Source: an uncultured Candidatus Saccharibacteria bacterium
Lineage (GTDB): Bacteria; Patescibacteriota; Minisyncoccia; Phycocordibacterales; UBA9973
Length of the DNA: 64,000 nucleotides
Reading direction: 5' to 3'
NCBI GenBank assembly: GCA_964423445.1
Contig: CAYREQ010000001.1
Location: 65,732-129,731 of the forward strand
Under the pieces are notes generated by a model. That model was given only the letters and a program-made list of their open reading frames with translations, had not been told where the DNA came from and did no database searches. How positions within the stretch are numbered: the first letter of the stretch is position 1; each line of letters opens with the position of its first letter. Positions 1 to 9,720 of the stretch are shown here, piece by piece. The position numbers and the translations under genes are program-made.

Positions 1-57
1 TGATAGATTATCACATATTTTTACTAAAAACAAGCTTTTTAAAAACAAAGGTTTTTA

Positions 58-88
58 TTGACTTTTTCGTGAAAAAAGATAGTATATT
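58..88 (+). promoter_or_regulatory. sigma70-like promoter upstream of greA
   Basis: TTGACT(58-63)-16 nt-TAGTAT(80-85). The ATG at 92 is only about 7 nt downstream with no SD, so the mRNA may be leaderless. Confidence 0.3.
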
Positions 89-91
89 CAC

Positions 92-562
92 ATGACAACA
101 GACTATATAACAGAGGAGAAGAGAAAAGAACTCGAGCTAGAACTCATTGATTTAAAAGGCCCAAAAAGGAAGAAAATTTTGGAGAATTTAGAGTATGCAA
201 AATCTCTAGGTGACTTGTCTGAAAATGCGGAATATCATCAGACTCGCGAAGACCAAGGCAAACTAGAAGAGCGCATAGCAAAAATTGAAAAAATCTTACA
301 ATCTTCAGAAGTAGTATCTGGAAAAGGTCCTGGTGGAGACACAGTAGGTATCGGCTCAAAAGTCGTAGTAAAGAAAGAAGGTGGGGCACAAGAAGAAAAA
401 ACTTATACGATAGTAGGATCTGAAGAAGCAAATATGGCTGAAGGAAAAATATCAAATAGATCACCATTTGGCGAAGCTCTTTTTGGAAAAAATAAAGGTG
501 ACAAAGTATCCTTTAATACTCCAAATGGAACTGTAGACTATAAAATAATTAGTGTTTCTTAA
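92..562 (+). CDS. greA: transcription elongation factor GreA
   Basis: 156 aa. N-terminal coiled-coil (LGDLSENAEYH) plus C-terminal FKBP-like domain typical of GreA. Confidence 0.9.
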   Translation: MTTDYITEEKRKELELELIDLKGPKRKKILENLEYAKSLGDLSENAEYHQTREDQGKLEERIAKIEKILQSSEVVSGKGPGGDTVGIGSKVVVKKEGGAQEEKTYTIVGSEEANMAEGKISNRSPFGEALFGKNKGDKVSFNTPNGTVDYKIISVS

Positions 563-602
563 ATATTTACTCAAATTTTGTTTTGCGTGTTACAATAAAT
601 AA

Positions 603-2069
603 ATGTCTTCAATTGATGAAATTAGAGATGCCAGAATAAAAAAACTTGAACTCTTGAAAGAAAGAGGTGTAAACCCTTACCCTGCAGAATCAAAAAGAGA
701 GCTCAGCCTAAAAGAGGCAGTAGAAAATTTTGATACTTTATCAAATGAAGGTACACAAAAATGGATTGCTGGTAGAGTGATGTCTATCCGTGGTCAAGGA
801 GCTATAGTATTTATCACCCTAAATGATGGTACTGGAACTTTTCAAGGATTACTTAAAAAAGATATTTTGGGTGATGATAAATTATCTTTTTTTAGTGAAG
901 TTGTAGACATTGGTGATTTTATAGAAATACAAGGAACATTTTTTACTACAAACAGGGGAGAGAAAACCCTAGAAACAAAAGATTGGCGGATGCTCTCTAA
1001 GAGCTTGCGTCCATTGCCAGAAAAATGGCATGGACTAGTGGATACAGAAGAGAGATTTCGCAAGAGGTATCTGGATATCTTGATGAATCCAGAAATAAAA
1101 GAACTTTTTGAAAAGAAAGCAAAATTTTGGGATGCTATTCGTACATTTTTGAAAAAAGAAAATTTTTTAGAAGTAGAGACACCCACAATCGAGGTGACGA
1201 CAGGTGGTGCTGAGGCTAGACCATTTAAAACTCACCATAATGATTTTGATATTGATGTTTTTATGCGTATATCAGTAGGCGAGCTTTGGCAAAAGAGACT
1301 CTTGGCTGCTGGTTTCCCGAGAGTTTTTGAGATAGGGCGTGTATATAGAAACGAAGGTTCTAGCCCAGAGCATACTCAAGAATTCACCAATATGGAATTT
1401 TATGCAGGATATATGGACTACAGAGAAGGCACTGAGCTTACAGAGAAAATGCTCAAGTATGCAATAGAGGAGACATTTGGAACACTAGAATTTGAGATTC
1501 ATGGACAAAAAGTAGATTTTTCAAAAAAATGGGAGATAGCTCCATACGTAGATACTATAAAAAAAATGATTGGTATAGACGTACTTATAGCTAATGAAAA
1601 AGAAATGAAAGAAAAGCTCGAAGAGCTCGGTGTCAAATACGAAGGAGATAACAAAGAACGTCTTACTGATTCTTTGTGGAAATATTGTAGAAAAAATATT
1701 ATTGGTCCAGTTTGGTTGGTGGATGTGCCAAAATTAGTATCTCCACTATCAAAAGCTAAACCAGAAAACCCATTGCTTACTGAGCGTGTACAGTTGTTGG
1801 TAGCTGGGGCAGAGTGTACAAATGGATTTTCTGAACTAAATGACCCTATAGATCAAGCAGAACGTTTTGAACTACAAAAGGAGCTAATAAAAAAAGGAGA
1901 CGAAGAAGCTATGATGTCAGACGATGAGTTTGTGGAAATGCTCGAGCATGGCATGCCACCAGCTTTTGGTTTTGGCATAGGAGGTGACAGACTATTTTCT
2001 TTTCTTGTAGATAAGCCACTGAGGGAGACACAATTGTTTCCACTAATGCGACCTAAAAATAAGGAATAA
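603..2069 (+). CDS. lysS: lysyl-tRNA synthetase (class II)
   Basis: 488 aa. N-terminal OB anticodon-binding domain plus class II motifs (FEIGRVYRNEG, EFTNMEFYAGY, GGDRLF). Confidence 0.95.
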   Translation: MSSIDEIRDARIKKLELLKERGVNPYPAESKRELSLKEAVENFDTLSNEGTQKWIAGRVMSIRGQGAIVFITLNDGTGTFQGLLKKDILGDDKLSFFSEVVDIGDFIEIQGTFFTTNRGEKTLETKDWRMLSKSLRPLPEKWHGLVDTEERFRKRYLDILMNPEIKELFEKKAKFWDAIRTFLKKENFLEVETPTIEVTTGGAEARPFKTHHNDFDIDVFMRISVGELWQKRLLAAGFPRVFEIGRVYRNEGSSPEHTQEFTNMEFYAGYMDYREGTELTEKMLKYAIEETFGTLEFEIHGQKVDFSKKWEIAPYVDTIKKMIGIDVLIANEKEMKEKLEELGVKYEGDNKERLTDSLWKYCRKNIIGPVWLVDVPKLVSPLSKAKPENPLLTERVQLLVAGAECTNGFSELNDPIDQAERFELQKELIKKGDEEAMMSDDEFVEMLEHGMPPAFGFGIGGDRLFSFLVDKPLRETQLFPLMRPKNKE

Positions 2070-2265
2070 AAAAAGGCGAGACACTATCGAGTGGCCCGCC
2101 TGAAGTCGATCGGAGAATGATCTACATCATATATACCTTTTATAAAAAAAGTATTTTTCTCTTGGAAAGAACAAGAGAAGGTCTATACGATGCTATCGTT
2201 ATGAAAACAAAAGTATCTAAATATAGTTTATATCTTAAAGTGTATAAAAGTCAATAAAATTAACA

Positions 2266-2430
2266 AATCCCACGAAGGTAAGGACCTGTGTGGGATTTGG
2301 ATGTGTTTTATAGCAAAGCTATCAGATATTTTTTGATGCAGTAGCATCAATTGATGCCTCTCTGGCGGTTTTTCTGGTGGAAAACCCACCAGAGAGGTTT
2401 GGAACGCGAACCGACAGGTAGGCTTCTTAA
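2266..2430. ncRNA. candidate structured RNA / hairpin cluster in the 518-nt lysS-mraZ spacer
   Basis: Several independent perfect or near-perfect hairpins: AAATCCCAC..GTGGGATTT with nested AGGT/ACCT (2268-2301); ATAGC-AAA-GCTAT; GATGC-AGTA-GCATC; long CCTCTCTGGCGGTTTTTC-TGGTG-GAAAACCCACCAGAGAGG (2357-2396). No ORF with credible start. Identity unknown. Confidence 0.25.
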
Positions 2431-2519
2431 GTATATAAATTTTAAAAATGAATGTCACTACGAGTTATCCACAGATATTGTTTGGTGTTATTTTTATATA
2501 GGAATATAATGTATAACAA

Positions 2520-2539
2520 GTGGGAAAAAGTGGGAAAAA
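2520..2539 (+). promoter_or_regulatory. putative MraZ operator (tandem GTGGGAAAAA direct repeats, 10-bp period)
   Basis: Exact tandem repeat gtgggaaaaa gtgggaaaaa lies 49 nt upstream of the mraZ ATG. MraZ is known to bind GTGGG-type direct repeats with 10-bp spacing upstream of its own operon. Confidence 0.5.
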
Positions 2540-2587
2540 ATGTTTTAAAGTTTTTTCCAAAAAAATAATAAAAATTTTGCAAAAATT

Positions 2588-3025
2588 ATGTTGATAGGCG
2601 AATACATACACACAATAGATGAAAAAAACAGAATGTCTTTGCCGGCAAAATTTCGTAAGGAGCTCGGGAAAAAAGTAATTGTTACTCCTGGGCTAGATAA
2701 ATGTTTGTTTGTTTTTACACTTGCTGAATGGAAAAAAGTCACAGAGAAATTGGGTAGTACAAGTGGGGAGCTTTCTTTCTTGAAAGCAGACCAGAGAACT
2801 TTCAATAGAAATATGTTTGGACAGGCAGTAGATGTAGACATAGATTCAATTGGAAGAATTTTATTGCCAGAATTTTTGAAAGAGAGAGCAAATTTGAAAA
2901 ATACAGGTGTAGTGGTCGGAGTGCAAGATAGACTTGAAATTTGGAATGACAAGATATGGCAAGAATACAAGAAGGGTGCAGAGAAAGAAGCCGAGAGTTT
3001 AGCAGAGAAATTAGCCGGTGAGTAA
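2588..3025 (+). CDS. mraZ: division/cell wall cluster transcriptional regulator MraZ
   Basis: 145 aa. Tandem MraZ domains (MLIGEYIHTIDEKNRMSLPAKFR). First gene of the dcw cluster. Confidence 0.9.
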   Translation: MLIGEYIHTIDEKNRMSLPAKFRKELGKKVIVTPGLDKCLFVFTLAEWKKVTEKLGSTSGELSFLKADQRTFNRNMFGQAVDVDIDSIGRILLPEFLKERANLKNTGVVVGVQDRLEIWNDKIWQEYKKGAEKEAESLAEKLAGE

Positions 3026-3926
3026 TATGCAGAGTATACACAAGACAGTTCTTTTAAATGAAACAATAGAAGGTCTGAATTTAAAAAAAGATTCTATAGT
3101 CATAGATGGCACATTTGGTGGGGGAGGGCATAGCTTGGAAATTTGTAAAAAATTTCCAAATGTAAAAATCATAGCCATAGACCAAGATGCAAATGCTTTT
3201 TTGAAAGCCAAGCCAAGATTTAAAGACATAAAGTGTGATATTGATTTTATCAATACAAATTTTAGATCTTTAGATAAAGCTACAAAAGAAAAAGTAGATG
3301 GAATTATTTTTGATTTAGGTTTGAGTTCTGATCAATTAGAAAATTCTGGACGAGGATTTTCTTTCTTGAAGGATGAGCCTTTGCTCATGAATATGAAAAA
3401 AAGCAAGAAAGAAAATCCTTCTTCAGAAGACCTTACAGCTTTTGAAGTTGTAAATACTTGGGAGGAGAAAAATTTAGCCGACATTATATATGGATTTGGC
3501 GAAGAGCGTTTTAGCAGGAGAATAGCCAAAGGCATAGTTGAGGCGAGAAAAAAATCAAAAATTGAGACAACTTTTGATTTGATAAAAATAATAGAGAGTT
3601 CTGTGCCGGCAATGTACAGGAAAGGGAAGATAAATTGTGCCACAAAGACCTTTCAAGCCCTAAGAATAACTGTAAATGATGAATTGGGGGCATTAAAAGA
3701 AGGATTAGAGAAAGGTTTTGATAAATTAAAAATAGGTGGCCGAATGTCAGTAATTTCTTTTCATAGTCTTGAAGACAGAATAGTAAAAAGATTTTTTAAA
3801 GAATATGAGAAAGAGGGTTTACTGAAATTGATAAATAAAAAACCAATCACACCAAGTAAAGAAGAAATAATTAATAATAATAGGTCTAGAAGTGCAAAAT
3901 TAAGAGTAATAGAAAAAATAAAATAA
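3018..3926 (+). CDS. rsmH: 16S rRNA (cytosine1402-N4)-methyltransferase RsmH/MraW
   Basis: 302 aa. SAM-binding IDGTFGGGGHS motif. Canonical position after mraZ. Confidence 0.95.
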   Translation: MSNMQSIHKTVLLNETIEGLNLKKDSIVIDGTFGGGGHSLEICKKFPNVKIIAIDQDANAFLKAKPRFKDIKCDIDFINTNFRSLDKATKEKVDGIIFDLGLSSDQLENSGRGFSFLKDEPLLMNMKKSKKENPSSEDLTAFEVVNTWEEKNLADIIYGFGEERFSRRIAKGIVEARKKSKIETTFDLIKIIESSVPAMYRKGKINCATKTFQALRITVNDELGALKEGLEKGFDKLKIGGRMSVISFHSLEDRIVKRFFKEYEKEGLLKLINKKPITPSKEEIINNNRSRSAKLRVIEKIK

Positions 3927-3927
3927 C

Positions 3928-4287
3928 ATGACAAAAATCGGGATAAAAGTAAAACAATACACAAACGAAGTAAATATCATAAATAATAATGATATAGAAA
4001 GACGTGTATTAAAAGCTTTACTATTATCTTTTGGTTTCTTGTCTCTACTTTACGTTTTATTTTTGGGAAATATGATTTTCAATATAATCGAACGCCGTAC
4101 CCTAGAAGCAGAAGCACGAACAGTAGGAAATGAAGTAATGGATTTGGAATCTACTTATTTATCAATGAGCAGTAAGCTCGACCTAGAGAGTTCCTTTGCT
4201 ATGGGATTTAAAGAGATAACACCAAGTTACGCTACACGCCCTTCTTCTCTTGGTCTTAACTCTAAGGCTAATAGCAATGAAATCTAG
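3928..4287 (+). CDS. ftsL: FtsL-like cell division protein (small bitopic membrane protein)
   Basis: 119 aa. Single TM followed by a coiled-coil-like segment. Sits between rsmH and ftsI. Confidence 0.5.
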   Translation: MTKIGIKVKQYTNEVNIINNNDIERRVLKALLLSFGFLSLLYVLFLGNMIFNIIERRTLEAEARTVGNEVMDLESTYLSMSSKLDLESSFAMGFKEITPSYATRPSSLGLNSKANSNEI

Positions 4288-6001
4288 TTTTCTTCATAGA
4301 TCCAGAATTATTCTCGTTTGTATATTAATTTTTAGTTTAGTTTTAATAGCTAAGCTTTTTTTAGTGCAAATTGTGCATAATAGCTCATATGAAGAAATCG
4401 CTCAGCGTCAGTACGCCACACCTTCTTCTAGTATTTTTGAACGCGGAACGATTTATTTTGAACGCAAAGATGGCCAACTCGTCTCTGCCGCTACACAAAC
4501 CTTAGGCTACAAGCTCGCAATCAATCCACAAAAGATGGGAGACGCAGAAGATACTTATACAAAAATTTCTAAAATTATAAAAGATAGAGAAATTGACCAC
4601 GACGATTTCTTATTAAAAGCATCAAAAAAGACAGACCCATATGAAGACATTTTAGGTCATTTATCAAAAGAAGAAGCAGACCAGATAGATACTGCAAAGA
4701 TTCCAGGGGTAAGTATTTTTAAAGAAAAATGGCGTTTTTATCCTGGTGATGATTTGGCATCTCATACACTAGGCTTTGTGGCATACAAGGGGGATGATTT
4801 GAGTGGTCGCTATGGGCTAGAGAGACAATATGATTCTACTCTAAGGAGAGATACAGACAATCCATATGTAAACTTTTTCGCAGAAGTTTTTTCAAACATA
4901 AATGATACTTTTTTGAAAAAAGATTCACGAGAAGGAGATATAGTGACTACCATAGAGCCAATGGTGCAAGAATTTTTAGATAAAAAACTGACTGAAGTGA
5001 GAGCAAAATACAGCGTGGATTCAATCGGTGGAATAATAATGAATCCAGTGGATGGATCTATTTATGCACTTAGTGTAAAACCAGATTTTAATCCAAATGA
5101 TTTTTCTAAAATAAAAAATGCGACACTTTTTGGAAATCCACTCGTAGAAAATGTCTTGGAATTTGGTTCTGTGGTAAAGCCACTCGTGATGGCAGCAGCC
5201 CTAGATACAGGAGCAGTCACAGCCAATACGACATATAATGACTTGGGCTCAGTGACTGTAGAAAAACATCAAATATATAACTTTGATAAAAAAGCTAGAG
5301 GAGCTGGTACTAGTATGCAAGAAGTATTGAATCAATCTCTAAATACAGGAATGGTTTTTGCTGAGCAAAAGTTGGGTAAAAAAAATCTAAGAGAATATTT
5401 GCTAGCTTTTGGTTTGAAAGATAAGACTGGAATTGATTTACCAAATGAAACTTCTGGTCTCGTATCAAATATACTTACTAGTCCTCGTGAGATAGAGTAC
5501 GCAAACGCTGCTTTCGGGCAGGGTATAGCTTTTACGCCGATTGAATTAGTGCGAGCCTTGGCTTCGCTTTCAAATGGTGGAAATTTGGTGACACCGCACC
5601 TACTCAAAGAAATAAAATACAATGACGGTACTTCAAAAAAAATTGAATATCAAACAGTACCAACAAAAATAAAAAAAGAAACTTCACAAGAAATTACTCG
5701 CATGCTGGTGGGTGTGATGGATAAATCTCTAAAGAATGGAGCAGCAAAAATGGAAAATTTTAGTGTCGCAGTAAAAACTGGTACAGCACAAGTTGCCAGA
5801 GAAGATGGTAAGGGCTACTATGATGATAGACACGACCATTCTTTCTTTGGATATTTCCCAGCCTATCAGCCAAAGTTTATAGTATTTCTTTATGCAATAA
5901 ATCCAAAAGGTGTTCCATATGCAGCACAGACTTGGGCTGATCCATTTTTAGATATTACTAAGTTTTTATTAAATTATTATGAAGTCGCACCAGACAGGTA
6001 A
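4277..6001 (+). CDS. ftsI: penicillin-binding protein, FtsI-type transpeptidase
   Basis: N-terminal TM. SVVKP (SxxK) and KTGTA motifs. The track ORF starts at a TTG at 4250. The ATG at 4277 (MKSSFLH) gives the typical ATGA-style overlap with the ftsL stop. Confidence 0.85.
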   Translation: MKSSFLHRSRIILVCILIFSLVLIAKLFLVQIVHNSSYEEIAQRQYATPSSSIFERGTIYFERKDGQLVSAATQTLGYKLAINPQKMGDAEDTYTKISKIIKDREIDHDDFLLKASKKTDPYEDILGHLSKEEADQIDTAKIPGVSIFKEKWRFYPGDDLASHTLGFVAYKGDDLSGRYGLERQYDSTLRRDTDNPYVNFFAEVFSNINDTFLKKDSREGDIVTTIEPMVQEFLDKKLTEVRAKYSVDSIGGIIMNPVDGSIYALSVKPDFNPNDFSKIKNATLFGNPLVENVLEFGSVVKPLVMAAALDTGAVTANTTYNDLGSVTVEKHQIYNFDKKARGAGTSMQEVLNQSLNTGMVFAEQKLGKKNLREYLLAFGLKDKTGIDLPNETSGLVSNILTSPREIEYANAAFGQGIAFTPIELVRALASLSNGGNLVTPHLLKEIKYNDGTSKKIEYQTVPTKIKKETSQEITRMLVGVMDKSLKNGAAKMENFSVAVKTGTAQVAREDGKGYYDDRHDHSFFGYFPAYQPKFIVFLYAINPKGVPYAAQTWADPFLDITKFLLNYYEVAPDR

Positions 6002-7100
6002 AAAAATAGATAAATTTTTCTTTATAACTCTGCTTTTGATTATCGCTCTCGGGGTGACTATGTTCGTCTCTGCGTCTTTGGGGTTGCTAAACAAAAATCC
6101 AAAAGTTTTTTACTCAGTGCTTTTCAATCAATTGGTCTTGGGTCTCGGTCTCGGCTTTGTCGGTATGTATTTTTCTTACAAGATAGATTATAAAATTTGG
6201 AGACAATACTCACTATATATACTGATAGCCACTATACTTTTGACTTTGGCTGTGTTTATACCAGGACTAGGCTCTAACCATGGCACAGGAGCAAAGAGAT
6301 GGATAAGCTTAGTATTCTTCTCTTTTCAGCCGGTAGAGTTTTTGAAATTTGGTTTTATTATTTATTTTGCTGCTTGGCTTTCTTGGGCAAAAAATAGAGT
6401 TCAAGATTTTAAATATAGTATGCTTCCACTAGTGATACTGCTCGGTATTATCGCTTTAGTTTTATTTAAACAACCAGATACAAAGAGCTTTATCTTGATT
6501 TCTATAACTGGCATGTCTATGCTTTTTATTTCAGGTGTTCCTCTAAGATATATTTTTGGAGTTGGCTTTGGAGCTGTAATCGTATTGTCTGTGCTCGTAT
6601 ACACTACTCCCTATCTCCAAGCTCGAGTGAAAACTTTTATAGATCCATCAAATGACCCACGAGGATCTTCTTATCAAATTCAACAATCCCTGATCGCTCT
6701 CGGTGGGGGAGGAATTTTTGGTCGTGGGTTAGGGCAGAGTATACAAAAATTTAGCTATTTACCAGAGCCACAAGGGGACTCAATCTTTGCAGTCTTGGGT
6801 GAAGAGCTCGGCTTTTTAGGTGGTGTGGCGACGATAGTACTCTATGTGATTTTTGCATTAAGAGGTTTTAAAATTTCAAATAATTCTCCAGATTTATTCA
6901 GTAGACTTTTAGTTGCTGGTATTGTTATACTGATTATTATGCAGTCGTTTATGCATATTGCTTCGGTCAACGGAGTTTTTCCTTTGACAGGAGTTCCACT
7001 TCCTTTTATGAGTCACGGTGGTACTTCTCTTATGATTTATTTGATAGCAATAGGTGTGGTGCTTCAGATATCAAGATTACAGCAACGTAATATACAATAA
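5979..7100 (+). CDS. ftsW: SEDS-family peptidoglycan glycosyltransferase FtsW/RodA
   Basis: 373 aa polytopic membrane protein with FtsW/RodA conserved loops (GLGQS, PLPFMSHGGTS). dcw context. Confidence 0.85.
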   Translation: MKSHQTGKKIDKFFFITLLLIIALGVTMFVSASLGLLNKNPKVFYSVLFNQLVLGLGLGFVGMYFSYKIDYKIWRQYSLYILIATILLTLAVFIPGLGSNHGTGAKRWISLVFFSFQPVEFLKFGFIIYFAAWLSWAKNRVQDFKYSMLPLVILLGIIALVLFKQPDTKSFILISITGMSMLFISGVPLRYIFGVGFGAVIVLSVLVYTTPYLQARVKTFIDPSNDPRGSSYQIQQSLIALGGGGIFGRGLGQSIQKFSYLPEPQGDSIFAVLGEELGFLGGVATIVLYVIFALRGFKISNNSPDLFSRLLVAGIVILIIMQSFMHIASVNGVFPLTGVPLPFMSHGGTSLMIYLIAIGVVLQISRLQQRNIQ

Positions 7101-7109
7101 TTTAAATTT

Positions 7110-8240
7110 ATGAAAATAGTTTTTACAGGCGGTGGTACAGGCGGACACTTTTATCCTATTATTGCAGTAGTTCAAAAAGTGAATCAAATAATAGATAGAG
7201 ATAAAATAATTGGAGTAAAGCTCTACTATATTTCTGATAGCCCTTATGATAAAGAAGTGCTTTTTGAGAACGGTCTTATCTATGAGGAAGTCGTGGCTGG
7301 AAAATTGCGTACTTATTTTTCTTGGCAAAATTTTTCAGATGTATTCAAGACAGCTTTTGGAGCGATAAATGCAGTGTATAAATTGTTTACGATATACCCA
7401 GATGTAGTTTTTGGGAAGGGAGGCTATGCATCCTTTCCGGTCATATTTGCTGCTAGAATTTTACGAATACCGGTGATAATTCATGAATCCGATTCTGCAC
7501 CAGGACGTGTAAATCTCTGGGCGGGACGTTTTGCAAAAAAAATAGCTGTATCTTTTAATGATGCTGCTCGATTTTTCCCCAAAAATAAAGTGGCATGGAC
7601 AGGTCAGCCAATAAGAGCCGAGATAGAACACCCAGCTCCTCAAAAAGAAGCTTTTGAATATTTTAAACTAGAATCAAAATTACCAATAATTTTAATTTTA
7701 GGTGGCTCACAAGGTGCAGAGTTGATAAATAATACAATATTAGATGCACTGCCAAGACTTTTAGAAAATTATCAAATAATACATCAGACTGGTGTAAGAA
7801 ATTTTAAAAATGTTAGCGAGCGTTCACTCGTAGTTTTAAATGATAATCCAAACAAATTGAGATATATATCAATGGCGTTTTTGAATTCTCTAGAAATGAA
7901 AATGGCTGCTGGCGTAGCTACGATTATAGTATCTAGAGCAGGCTCTACTTTATTTGAGATAGCTTCTTGGGGTGTGCCTTCTATATTGATTCCTTTTACT
8001 TCCTCAAATGGAGATCATTCAAAGAAAAATGCTTTCAATTATGCGCGTGCTGGAGCTTGTAGTGTGATAGAAGAGGGGAATATGACAGCAAATATTTTGA
8101 GTGGAGAAATTGAGAGAATCACAAATGATAAAACAGAATTGGAACAAATGGCAAAAAATGCAAAAGCTTTTGCAAAGACTGACGCAGCTGAAAAAATCGC
8201 TCGCGCTATCATAGACTTGGCTTTGACCCACGAGAAATAA
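7110..8240 (+). CDS. murG: UDP-GlcNAc:undecaprenyl-PP-MurNAc-pentapeptide GlcNAc transferase MurG
   Basis: 376 aa. N-terminal FTGGGTGGHFYP motif diagnostic of MurG. Confidence 0.9.
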   Translation: MKIVFTGGGTGGHFYPIIAVVQKVNQIIDRDKIIGVKLYYISDSPYDKEVLFENGLIYEEVVAGKLRTYFSWQNFSDVFKTAFGAINAVYKLFTIYPDVVFGKGGYASFPVIFAARILRIPVIIHESDSAPGRVNLWAGRFAKKIAVSFNDAARFFPKNKVAWTGQPIRAEIEHPAPQKEAFEYFKLESKLPIILILGGSQGAELINNTILDALPRLLENYQIIHQTGVRNFKNVSERSLVVLNDNPNKLRYISMAFLNSLEMKMAAGVATIIVSRAGSTLFEIASWGVPSILIPFTSSNGDHSKKNAFNYARAGACSVIEEGNMTANILSGEIERITNDKTELEQMAKNAKAFAKTDAAEKIARAIIDLALTHEK

Positions 8241-8280
8241 AAAACTCCTCATTTCTCTAAAAAAATGCTAAAATAGGTAT

Positions 8281-9720
8281 ATGAACGATAAAGCTACAGG
8301 AAAAGTAGTGACTAGGTTTGCGCCATCGCCGACCGGTTTTATGCATGTGGGTGGTGTGCGCACGGCTCTTTTTGCTTGGCTTTGGGCTCGTAAAAATAAT
8401 GGTGTTTTTATCCTACGCATAGAAGATACAGACAAGGAGAGGGAAGTAGAAGGCTCTATAGAGCACATAATAGAGTCATTGAAATGGCTAGGACTAGAAT
8501 ATGATGCTGGACCAGACAAATGTGAAGACGGTGTGTGCTATACTCAATCTGATAGATTAGATTTATATAAAAAATACGCAAATATTTTAATTGAAAAAGG
8601 TTTTGCCTACCCTGACCCATACACAAAGGAAGAATTGGAAAATTTTAGAAAAAAAGCCGAGGAAGAAAAGAGGCCTTTTTTGTATAGAGATCATCGTCCA
8701 GAAAATTTTGAAGTTTGGGACGGCACAAAGCCTCTTCGATTTAAAACTCCAGAAATAAAAAGTTATAAATGGAATGATGTAGTCCAAGGAGATTTATCTG
8801 CAGGCCCCGAGGCATTGGATGATTTTATTTTAATAAAAAGTGATGGTTATCCGACTTATAACTTTGCTCACATTGTAGATGACATAGAAATGCATGTGAC
8901 TCATGTAGTGCGTGGACAAGAGTTTATATCTTCTACTCCAAAATTTTTATCTGTATATGAAGCCCTAGGCATAAATCCACCTATTTATGTGACTACACCT
9001 CCGATACTCGGAGCTACAGGCAATAAAAAGCTTTCAAAACGTGATGGCGCTAAAGATATTTTGGATTATAGAAAAGAGGGTTATTTATCAAATACCATGA
9101 TAAATTATCTAGCATTTTTAGGTTTTAACCCTGGTGGAGAAAGAGAAATATTTACACCAAAAGAATTGGTGGAAGTTTTTGATTTAAGTAAAATTCAACG
9201 CTCAGGTTCAAAATGGAGTGATGAGAAATTAAATTGGTTTAATAAAGAACACATAAAATTACTAAGAGGAGATGAAATAGAAAAAAATATTTTAGAGTGG
9301 TTGCCAGAAGATATGCAAAAAAATCCAATTGCAAAAAAACTCGTACCTATAATATTGGAGAGAATTTCAAAGTGGAGTGATATCACAAAAATGGTAGAAG
9401 AAGGTGAGCTCGATTTGTTTTTCAATACTCCAGAAATACAAAAAGAAAAAATAAATTATAAAAACACTCCAAGTGAAAAGACGATAAGTAACTTGCAGGA
9501 TGTAATAAAAATTCTAGAAAATTTGGATGAAAATGATTTTACTATAGAAAATATAAAAAAACTTGTCATGGAATTAGCAGACAAAATGGAAAACAGGGGA
9601 GAGCTACTCCATCCTATGCGTTTTGCTTTATCTGGAAAAGACAAATCTCCAGACCCATTTACTATTGCCTCAATTATAGGAAAAAATGAAACTTTACTTA
9701 GATTACAAAAAGCGACATAA
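8281..9720 (+). CDS. gltX: glutamyl-tRNA synthetase
   Basis: 479 aa. HIGH-type motif (PSPTGFMHVGG) and KLSKR (KMSKS-type) motif. Confidence 0.95.
   Translation: MNDKATGKVVTRFAPSPTGFMHVGGVRTALFAWLWARKNNGVFILRIEDTDKEREVEGSIEHIIESLKWLGLEYDAGPDKCEDGVCYTQSDRLDLYKKYANILIEKGFAYPDPYTKEELENFRKKAEEEKRPFLYRDHRPENFEVWDGTKPLRFKTPEIKSYKWNDVVQGDLSAGPEALDDFILIKSDGYPTYNFAHIVDDIEMHVTHVVRGQEFISSTPKFLSVYEALGINPPIYVTTPPILGATGNKKLSKRDGAKDILDYRKEGYLSNTMINYLAFLGFNPGGEREIFTPKELVEVFDLSKIQRSGSKWSDEKLNWFNKEHIKLLRGDEIEKNILEWLPEDMQKNPIAKKLVPIILERISKWSDITKMVEEGELDLFFNTPEIQKEKINYKNTPSEKTISNLQDVIKILENLDENDFTIENIKKLVMELADKMENRGELLHPMRFALSGKDKSPDPFTIASIIGKNETLLRLQKAT

Noticed and set aside
144-467. Antisense ORFs from the track overlapping real genes (for example 144..467-, 842..1186-, 2545..3066-, 25388..25666+, 27541..28032+, 38178..38489+ and many similar)
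   Set aside because: They lie entirely inside well-supported housekeeping genes on the opposite strand. They have low-complexity L/F/S-rich translations typical of AT-rich antisense frames, and no start context.
2075-2110. AGGCG...CGCCT hairpin after lysS as its terminator
   Set aside because: The stem is only 5 bp with a 17-nt loop and no downstream U tract. It was not reported as a feature.
2266-2430. 6S RNA or SRP RNA identity for the lysS-mraZ element
   Set aside because: The 5' and 3' ends do not pair with each other, so there is no 6S architecture. There is only a partial CAGGUCC resemblance to SRP, without the conserved 3' strand.
2228-2458. 76-aa minus-strand ORF inside the lysS-mraZ spacer
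   Set aside because: It overlaps the stacked hairpins and has no RBS or conservation signal. The region is better explained as structured non-coding DNA or RNA.
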